NCBI GenBank assembly: GCA_964454545.1
Contig: CAYVTI010000004.1
Coordinates: forward strand, 25,105 to 89,104
Source: an uncultured Rickettsiales bacterium
GTDB lineage: Bacteria > Pseudomonadota > Alphaproteobacteria > Rickettsiales > JABCZZ01
Length of the DNA: 64,000 nt
Direction: 5' to 3'
The notes under the pieces are model-generated. The model was not told the DNA's origin, made no database searches, and saw only the letters and a list, made by a program, of their open reading frames with translations. The stretch's first letter is position 1. Every line of letters starts with the position of its first letter. A program made the position numbers and the translations under genes. Of this stretch, positions 57,602-64,000 are shown piece by piece.

Positions 57602-58336
57602 CTATGAACTGCCAATAACATCCCGGCAATAGCTGGCGAGTTCCTTGCGGGAGGAAAAATCCTTTCCGTTTACCGTCTTATGAAAGATCACGGTCACATC
57701 CACGGATTTCTGCTGCAGGAAAGTAACCAGATGCGGAAAGAACTCCGCATTGCCGTACCAGCCTACAATATGTCGGGTTTCAGCAGTAATCGGCTCACCG
57801 TTTAGCTTCTTATATACCAGGCTGACCGGCTGCACCGTGAGGTCATATTCTTCCGCGATGCTGAAGAAGGATGACTTGAATGGCAGCAAGGCAGTGCCCT
57901 CATTGGTAGTACCCTCGGGAAACAGGCTGATGATGCAATTATCTTTTATGGCCCCGGCCAGCTTTTTCTTATTATGCATGGTCACCGCCCGGCGGCGATC
58001 GATGAAAATGCATCCGGTTATCTTACAGAAGAGTCCTATCATTGGCCAGCCTGCAATTTCGCTCTTGGGAGTAAATCGCGCTTCCGTAGCACTGCCCAAG
58101 GCAAACACATCGATATAGGAAAAATGATTGGAGACCATCAGCAATGGCCGTTTCCCTGAAAGCCTGCCTTCTTGTTTCACCCGTATTCCCCATATGATGC
58201 AACCCAGCCAGAACGACAGGCGCACCAGAACCGCATTGGCCCTGGCTGCGCCCGTTTTTGCAGTTACGAAAAAAGGAATGAGCATCACCAGCAGGACAAA
58301 AAGCGACACCAGAGTTCTTATAACCAGCCTGTGCAT
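57602..58336 (-). CDS. olsA: Lysophospholipid acyltransferase family protein (OlsA/PlsC-like)
   Basis: 244 aa with an N-terminal TM. Acyltransferase motifs NHFSYID and FPEGTT are present. Its start overlaps the olsB stop (TGATG). Confidence 0.78.
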   Translation of the reverse strand: MHRLVIRTLVSLFVLLVMLIPFFVTAKTGAARANAVLVRLSFWLGCIIWGIRVKQEGRLSGKRPLLMVSNHFSYIDVFALGSATEARFTPKSEIAGWPMIGLFCKITGCIFIDRRRAVTMHNKKKLAGAIKDNCIISLFPEGTTNEGTALLPFKSSFFSIAEEYDLTVQPVSLVYKKLNGEPITAETRHIVGWYGNAEFFPHLVTFLQQKSVDVTVIFHKTVNGKDFSSRKELASYCRDVIGSS

Positions 58337-59142
58337 CAGGATGCGGGATTTTTTGCCGTGGGGGTATAACGCTGAGCGTATTTATCGGTCACCAGATCCG
58401 TCTTTACCACGATACCGACGTCAATCGTATTAAAATGCGGATCGATAACCGCGCCCATCCCGATATAGCCGTTTATCCGCAAATATCCCTTTATCAGCGC
58501 CGGGAGCGCGGAGAAAGCTTTTTGCACATCGACGTCTTCCTTCGGTATCAGGTTCATTTCCACATACTGATCCGGCAAAGCCACCGCACGAATCGCCTCC
58601 GGCGCAAGATGATAGTGATAAAGATAGGAAAGCGGCATCGCATGCTTGTCTACGTCTATGCCGAAGAAACTCGCGCAGCCGAACATGAGCTTTATGTCGT
58701 ATAGCCTGACATACGCGCCGATGCCACGCAGCAACAGCTGCATGGCCGAGCGGTTGCGGTACTCCGCATCCACGCAGGAACGTCCCAGTTCCAATATGTC
58801 GCCGCTTTCATTCTTTATCGCCGAAATATCGAACTCGGTTTCGCTGTAGAAGGTTTTTACGTCCTTCATCATATCGCGGCGCAACAGCCGGTATGTGCCG
58901 ACGACCTTATCCCTACCTTCAGGCAAATCGTAGTCAATGACCAGAAGGTGATCGCAATAGGCATCAAACTGGTCGAAATCGTATTTGAGCTTGCGCATTT
59001 CCCCGGAGGGAATCCCGCCCATCTCGTCATAGAACACGCGGTAGCGCAGCCTCTGGGCGGCTTCTATTTCCGCACTGGATTGCGCCAGGCGCACTGCAAG
59101 GTTGCCGGAGAATATTTCATCGAATGTCTTTTCACAAATCAT
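58336..59142 (-). CDS. olsB: GNAT-fold N-acyltransferase of the OlsB (ornithine lipid / hemolysin-like) family
   Basis: About 268 aa from the ATG at 59142. LAVRLAQSSAEIEAAQRLRYRVFYDEMG...DFDQFDAYCDHLLV...VGTYRLL is the typical OlsB N-terminal pattern. It is paired with an OlsA-like gene. Confidence 0.78.
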   Translation of the reverse strand: MICEKTFDEIFSGNLAVRLAQSSAEIEAAQRLRYRVFYDEMGGIPSGEMRKLKYDFDQFDAYCDHLLVIDYDLPEGRDKVVGTYRLLRRDMMKDVKTFYSETEFDISAIKNESGDILELGRSCVDAEYRNRSAMQLLLRGIGAYVRLYDIKLMFGCASFFGIDVDKHAMPLSYLYHYHLAPEAIRAVALPDQYVEMNLIPKEDVDVQKAFSALPALIKGYLRINGYIGMGAVIDPHFNTIDVGIVVKTDLVTDKYAQRYTPTAKNPAS

Positions 59143-59567
59143 CAAATTGCCGTTTTCTTACCTTCCAGCGGCATGCAGTAAAGTTCCAGTCTGTGCCCTA
59201 CGAGCTTATATCCGAATTTTTTTGCAATGGCATGTTGTAATTTCTCAATCTCCTCGTTGGTGAATTCTATCACCTTGCCGCTTTTCACATCGATGAGATG
59301 ATCATGGTGCTCCTCGCCGCTCTCCTCATAGCGCGCCCGTCCATCACCAAAATCATGTTTCTCAATGATTCCGGCTTCCTCGAACAGCCGCATGGTGCGG
59401 TATACCGTGGCGATGCTGATGCGCGGATCCAGCTTATGGGCTCGGCTATGGATAGAATCCACATCGGGATGGTCGCCGGACTCCGACAACACACGGATAA
59501 TAATCCTGCGCTGCTCGGTCATCTTAAGCCCGCTCTCAGCGCACTTCTTTTCTAGACGTGACAACAT
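59142..59567 (-). CDS. fur: Fur family transcriptional regulator (alpha-type Fur/Mur)
   Basis: 141 aa. TEQRRIIIRVL, ISIATVYRTMRLFEEAGII, HHDHLIDVKSGKVIEF and HRLELY are present. Its stop overlaps the olsB ATG (TGATG). Confidence 0.85.
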   Translation of the reverse strand: MLSRLEKKCAESGLKMTEQRRIIIRVLSESGDHPDVDSIHSRAHKLDPRISIATVYRTMRLFEEAGIIEKHDFGDGRARYEESGEEHHDHLIDVKSGKVIEFTNEEIEKLQHAIAKKFGYKLVGHRLELYCMPLEGKKTAI

Positions 59568-59623
59568 GGGCAGAATATTTACACGGCAGCGCCAGGAGAG
59601 GCAAGCTATATTAAATTCTTGCT

Positions 59624-60829
59624 TTAAGGGCTGTTCCGCGTAGGGCGTTGCCCTTTGCCATTATGTCTTTGGGAAGGCTGTTTGTGCGGTATGGGGATAT
59701 GATGAATTGCTTCACCCAATTGTTGCAATAATCCTCGAAATCCCTGAGCGACGTGCTGTACGCTATGCTCATGTTCCGCTGATAACTGCATATCACGTTG
59801 ATCTGCCACTGGAGGAGTAGCATCAACCGGACTTTCATGTCCAATATGTTCTTTCTGCTGCTGCTTTTTCATGGGGGCATGTTTCACTAAATCCTCAAAT
59901 AATTCAATCCTGTTTTCACCATAATCGAAAACTTTTATAGCCGCATCCATAAGCGGTAATATTCTATCATAAATAAACTGTGCCTCATCTAGTGTTGGCT
60001 TTTCGTAGACAGCAACTCCTTTAGGTACCCCTACAAGAGGCAGATCTTTTATGACAGACTTCCCCCCTTCATTTACTCTCACCTTTATGGTACCGCCTTT
60101 ATCTGGATCCGGACAATAAACACAGGTATTATCTTCTGATAGCATCCTCCACGCCTTGGCATTCATCGCTTCAAATATCTTCCTATTACCAACACTTTTA
60201 TCTTCTACAACACTCCATACCCTAAATCCCAAGCCTTCTTCAGAAGATCGCAGGAATTTGAATGGTTTAATTCTGACTGAAGTATTATTTATCTCGTATT
60301 CTCCCCCCAGGACAGCAATTCCCCAATTACAAAATGGATCATTAGGAATAAGTTCCATGGCTTTCATTTCTTCCTGAGTAAAATTTTCTCCTCCACCCTT
60401 TTGCTGCTGTACCAAAGAGTAAATAGCACGCCGTTGTTCCGCTATACTATAATATCTATCGTGCCATCTCATTACTTCTTTAAAAAATGATTCAAAATCT
60501 ATTTTCTTTCTGGACTCCAGCATTACCTGTATGGCACCTACATACCGTTCCATTTCCATATTGCCTTGATACCCAGGAATACCCGCAAGAGCCAATATCA
60601 GATGGCTTAGCTCATGTTCTTCTGACTGATTAAAGCCTTGTCTGAATTGCCAGCGCGCCTGGTGGTAGCCCACAGCATCAGACACTGACAATCCCTTTAT
60701 TGAACTCATCTCCTCAATTTCATTGACAAACCTTCTTCCCGGCTTATGCCCATCCGGCCTCTCATGCATTTGTTGTATCAAGAGCTCCATTTGCTCAGAG
60801 ATTCTTTTCCTTGGATCGCTGGAAGACAT
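59624..60829 (-). CDS. Hypothetical protein with an HExxH motif (possible zinc metallopeptidase), orphan
   Basis: 401 aa with no signal peptide. HELSH is at residues 72-76 (nt 60602-60616), with Glu residues 16-18 aa downstream. The tail is His/Gln-rich. The body is AT-richer than its neighbours. Confidence 0.6.
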   Translation of the reverse strand: MSSSDPRKRISEQMELLIQQMHERPDGHKPGRRFVNEIEEMSSIKGLSVSDAVGYHQARWQFRQGFNQSEEHELSHLILALAGIPGYQGNMEMERYVGAIQVMLESRKKIDFESFFKEVMRWHDRYYSIAEQRRAIYSLVQQQKGGGENFTQEEMKAMELIPNDPFCNWGIAVLGGEYEINNTSVRIKPFKFLRSSEEGLGFRVWSVVEDKSVGNRKIFEAMNAKAWRMLSEDNTCVYCPDPDKGGTIKVRVNEGGKSVIKDLPLVGVPKGVAVYEKPTLDEAQFIYDRILPLMDAAIKVFDYGENRIELFEDLVKHAPMKKQQQKEHIGHESPVDATPPVADQRDMQLSAEHEHSVQHVAQGFRGLLQQLGEAIHHIPIPHKQPSQRHNGKGQRPTRNSP

Positions 60830-60990
60830 GATGTTTATACTTTTTACAGTAATTACAAATTCTAGACCCCAAAATTATACTCATAGTTAATTAACACTTC
60901 ATTAACGCTAGTAGTTGAAATGGAGGGATTGTTAATAATAAACAATGTTATTCCCTTGCGATTCCTTGATTTTCAAGGTATCATGTAATC

Positions 60991-62040
60991 ATGGATGAGC
61001 AAAGACGCCTCTTCAATGCAAAGCGTTTCAGTGTAGCAGTATGTGCTGCAATTATCCTGTTTTCCTCCCACGCCACGCAAGCGCTTATCAGCGATGATCG
61101 CTCCCTTATTGAAGGCGCGAAGCTGTGCACGCGCTACCTCCCCCGCCATGAGCGCCAGTACGGAATTCCTATTCACCTGCTTGCTGCAATCGCTTCCACG
61201 GAGTCGGGGCGCTATAACAAGGAAATCGGGCTAAGCCTGCCCTGGCCGTGGACCATAAACGTGGAAGGCAAAGGCTACTTCTTCGATACGAAAAAAGAAG
61301 CCATCACCAAAGTGCACGAATTACAGGCGCGTGGCTTTCAGAGCATCGACGTCGGGTGTATGCAGGTGAACCTGCATCATCACCCCAACGCCTTCTCGAG
61401 TCTTGAGGAAGCTTTCGATCCCGCCTATAACGTGGCCTATGCGGCGCAGTTCCTGAAGCAGAATTTCAATGACGAAGGCTCCTGGCGCAAGGCGACTGCG
61501 GATTATCATTCGCGCACACCGGTTTTCGGGGAGCAGTATGCGAGGCTGGTGTTTAACTCCTGGAGCCGCATCATTAACAAAATATCCGAAGCGGGCGGAA
61601 AGCCTGCCCTGAAAACGGATGTCGCGCTGCGCGGCCCGGTCAATCTCGCGGAAAACTGGTCAAACAATAATAAAAACTATTACCGCCATTCCTACCATGC
61701 CCTGCATATGCATTCCATTTCCGTGTCACGCGATACCGCACGGGAAAATGGAGTATTGATCATACGGCCGGAGCATAGTGAACCAGCCGGACAGCATGCC
61801 GCAGCGGACGAGAAATTCGTCATACACAATGTGAGATATGTCCAGAAGAAAGACGGATTCGAAGACAGCCCTCTTGAGAAAAGAACAAAAAACCCGAGAA
61901 TCGTGAAAGTGCAGAACAGCAAGGAAATGACAAGCGGGAATCAGCTTACCAGCGGTAGAAGCGTAACCGGAACGGATGATAACACGGCAAAAAAATCCGG
62001 TACTTATAGGCAAAGCGGTATTTTCGTCTTTGATAATTAG
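60991..62040 (+). CDS. Lytic transglycosylase (SLT domain) protein, secreted
   Basis: 349 aa with a signal-like N-terminus. The catalytic region is LLAAIASTESGRYN...PWPWTINVEGKGYFF...IDVGCMQVNLHHH. Confidence 0.8.
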   Translation: MDEQRRLFNAKRFSVAVCAAIILFSSHATQALISDDRSLIEGAKLCTRYLPRHERQYGIPIHLLAAIASTESGRYNKEIGLSLPWPWTINVEGKGYFFDTKKEAITKVHELQARGFQSIDVGCMQVNLHHHPNAFSSLEEAFDPAYNVAYAAQFLKQNFNDEGSWRKATADYHSRTPVFGEQYARLVFNSWSRIINKISEAGGKPALKTDVALRGPVNLAENWSNNNKNYYRHSYHALHMHSISVSRDTARENGVLIIRPEHSEPAGQHAAADEKFVIHNVRYVQKKDGFEDSPLEKRTKNPRIVKVQNSKEMTSGNQLTSGRSVTGTDDNTAKKSGTYRQSGIFVFDN

Positions 62041-62067
62041 TCATACATCTCCCATTATAACCACTGC

Positions 62068-63555
62068 CTAATCATACATCTGCGGCAAGTGATCCGCTCT
62101 CGCCAGATCGCTAAATCTTGTCACATCCGACTGGAACTGCATAGCGACGTTACCGATAGGCCCGTTACGGTGCTTGGCGACGATCACTTCTGCAATGCCA
62201 TGCACTTTTTCCATTTCAGCCTGCCACTCCGCGAATTTCGGTGTGTCCTCGCGCGGCATCTGGCGCATCAGGTAATATTCCTCACGGAAAACGAACATCA
62301 CCACATCTGAGTCCTGCTCAATGCTGCCTGACTCACGCAAGTCAGAAAGCTGTGGCTTCTTATCATCGCGCTGCTCTACTGCACGGGAAAGCTGGGAGAG
62401 AGCCATCACTGGAATATCCAGTTCCTTGGCAATGGCCTTTAACCCTTGCGTAATTTCCGACACTTCCTGCACACGATTGCCCTGCTGGCTGGTGACCGTG
62501 CCACGCACAAGCTGCAGATAGTCCACTACCAATAGCCCAAGGTTATGCACGCGCTTCAGCCTCCGCGCGCGCGCGCGCAGCGCCGCAATCGAAAGCGCAG
62601 GCGTATCGTCAATGTGGAACGGCAATTGCGAAAGCTTGTTGCTTTCCTTGACCAGAACGGAAAACTCATCTGTCGTCAGGTCACCTTTGCGCATCTTGCC
62701 GGAATTAAGGCTGGTTGCTCCCGACAGCAGGCGTGAAGCCAGCTGCTCGGCAGACATTTCAAGAGAAAAGAAACCCACGGACATTGGTTTGACACCCGGA
62801 TTTTTCAAGCCTTCCTCATAAAAATATACGGCGGCATTGTGCGCTATGGTCGTAGCAAGCGCGGTTTTGCCCATAGAAGGACGACCCGCAAGAATAAGTA
62901 AATCCGACTTATGCAGCCCGCCAAGCAACTTATCGAGATCGGCAAGCTTGGTGGGAACGCCGATGACGCGATCGCTGTTGCGGTACGCGTGCTCGACACG
63001 CTCAATCGCTTCTATCATCGAATGCTTCAACTGGCGGAAGCTGTTTTCCGCCGTACCTTCCGAAGCGAGGTTGAAAAGCTTCTGTTCGGCATTTTCAATC
63101 TGATCGGAGGAAGAAATTTCGAGATCGCTGATATATGCGGTATTGACTATCTCCTCGCCGATACTGATGAGCGAACGCTTATGCGAGCAATCATAAATAA
63201 TGTCGCTGTAATTACGTATGTTGATGATGGAAGCCGACGCAGCCGCAAGCCGCGCGAGGTAGCTCCCGCCGCCTATTTCCTTCAGTCCCTCATCCTGATC
63301 GAAGTGCGATTTCAGCGTGATCGGGTTGGCGATAAGCCCCTTGTCGAACATGGACTGGATGGCGGCAAAAACCCTCTGGTGAACAGGCACATAGAAATGT
63401 TCCGGCATCAGGTACGAACCGACATGGTGCATCGCCTCGTTGTTCACGAGGATTGCGCCGAGCAATGCCTGCTCTGCTTCCATGTTATGCGGCGATTGGC
63501 GGAAATCCGGCTCTTCCTTGTTTTCAGCGATCGACAATTTGTTCAGTGTGGCCAT
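62068..63555 (-). CDS. dnaB: Replicative DNA helicase
   Basis: 495 aa. PHNMEAEQALLGAIL, Walker A GRPSMGKTA, VVDYLQL and the SGSIEQDSD motif are present. Confidence 0.95.
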   Translation of the reverse strand: MATLNKLSIAENKEEPDFRQSPHNMEAEQALLGAILVNNEAMHHVGSYLMPEHFYVPVHQRVFAAIQSMFDKGLIANPITLKSHFDQDEGLKEIGGGSYLARLAAASASIINIRNYSDIIYDCSHKRSLISIGEEIVNTAYISDLEISSSDQIENAEQKLFNLASEGTAENSFRQLKHSMIEAIERVEHAYRNSDRVIGVPTKLADLDKLLGGLHKSDLLILAGRPSMGKTALATTIAHNAAVYFYEEGLKNPGVKPMSVGFFSLEMSAEQLASRLLSGATSLNSGKMRKGDLTTDEFSVLVKESNKLSQLPFHIDDTPALSIAALRARARRLKRVHNLGLLVVDYLQLVRGTVTSQQGNRVQEVSEITQGLKAIAKELDIPVMALSQLSRAVEQRDDKKPQLSDLRESGSIEQDSDVVMFVFREEYYLMRQMPREDTPKFAEWQAEMEKVHGIAEVIVAKHRNGPIGNVAMQFQSDVTRFSDLARADHLPQMYD

Positions 63556-63611
63556 GCATTATTTATATGGCCAATGAAAAAAACTTTCAAATGAAATCCG
63601 GCGCAGAAATT

Positions 63612-63773
63612 TTAGGGATCGATGACGCCAGCGCAAGCATCTGTGGGAGTTGAGGCCACGCCCCCCACTATCGGCACCGCCTTTATACCCGCCGAAGCGA
63701 CGCGGCACGGAGCCGCCGCCACACCACAACCACTCAGTACCGCCGCCAGCAATAAGAAGCTTAGAATGCGCAT
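63612..63773 (-). CDS. Candidate small lipoprotein (53 aa, below the ORF-track cutoff)
   Basis: Hand translation gives MRILSFLLLAAVLSGCGVAAAPCRVASAGIKAVPIVGGVASTPTDACAGVIDP*. It has a canonical signal peptide plus lipobox (L-S-G-C). It is in a different frame from the spurious 97 aa track ORF at 63559-63852. Confidence 0.45.
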   Translation of the reverse strand: MRILSFLLLAAVLSGCGVAAAPCRVASAGIKAVPIVGGVASTPTDACAGVIDP

Positions 63774-63817
63774 GTATTACCGGATGTAGATGTATTATAA
63801 CTATCTTATAGGACGTC

Positions 63818-64000
63818 CTAACAAAAGCAACTAATCCCCGGCGATACCACATAATGATGCCATTTGTTCTTCAAATCTTCGATATTGAAAGGCTTTGAGA
63901 TATAATCATCCACCCACCGCCTGCCAACACAAAGACGGTTATGGCGATAATAGGCGTTTTCTTCTGGCCCTTCCCGGGATGTATTTTAGAAAGATGTGCA
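63818..64000 (-). pseudogene. Response-regulator receiver domain 3' end, apparently frameshifted with an internal deletion (partial at window edge)
   Basis: The reverse frame entering from 64000 reads ...HLSKIHPGKGQKKTPIIAITVFVLAGGGW and stops at 63871-63873. A second frame reads VDDYISKPFNIEDLKNKW..., ending at the TAG at 63818-63820. The two receiver hallmarks (TPIIAIT, DDYISKPF) sit in different frames and are closer together than in intact receivers. Confidence 0.4.

Noticed and set aside
62911-63594. 227 aa plus-strand ORF antisense to dnaB
   Set aside because: It is a shadow ORF of dnaB with no motif, and it runs through the dnaB start region.
63559-63852. 97 aa minus-strand ORF upstream of dnaB
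   Set aside because: The sequence is implausible (WLWCGGGSVPRRFGGYKGGADSGGRG). A different frame in the same region gives a canonical lipoprotein signal peptide, and the 5' part overlaps the tail of the receiver-domain remnant.
1-64000. CRISPR arrays, IS elements, integrases, prophage or known defence-system genes
   Set aside because: I scanned intergenic regions and the ORF list. I found no regularly spaced direct repeats, no transposase, integrase or phage-like proteins, and no duplicated tRNA 3' end that would mark an integrated element.

Overview
This 64 kb window is mostly housekeeping chromosome. Gene content suggests an alphaproteobacterium: a short HprK-like protein, long HPF, PPDK, olsB-olsA, DUF2076, a long Dcd-like protein and an alpha-type Fur. 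That assignment is inference; no database search was possible. I support about 65 protein-coding genes, one tRNA-Asp(GTC), no rRNA, no CRISPR array, and no transposase, integrase or phage genes. Recognisable genes include an OmpR/HK pair, hprK-like, hpf, glyQ-panD-glyS, ppdK, iscS-iscU-iscA-hscB, hisE, pabB, rluD, thrC, an M16 peptidase, bdhA, zapE/AFG1, rsmA, an msbA-like ABC exporter, rarA, folE, ddl-ftsQ, gcdH, dapA, fmt, leuA, erpA, dadA, pyrH-frr-uppS-cdsA, a dcd-like gene, hemC-hemD, tyrS, ribA, fur-olsB-olsA, an SLT transglycosylase and dnaB. Several normally conserved operons are interrupted or truncated. Lineage-specific, visibly AT-richer single-gene insertions sit between the housekeeping blocks: a triple-HTH protein, an HExxH-motif protein, a 308 aa orphan and an orphan type IV pilin-like gene. 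The most interesting unexplained signals are (1) a roughly 200 nt plus-strand structured RNA candidate at 56924-57125, with a 22 bp closing helix, nested hairpins and alternative pairing that would sequester the Shine-Dalgarno of a small orphan ORF; (2) a TTGCAAG-heptamer palindromic repeat present in two intergenic copies, after tRNA-Asp and between frr and uppS; (3) an IscR type-1-like operator over the iscS -10 hexamer with no adjacent iscR; and (4) a translationally coupled fur-olsB-olsA unit. I found no multi-gene defence or secretion system. All function calls rest on motif and family recognition by eye and need homology searches to confirm.
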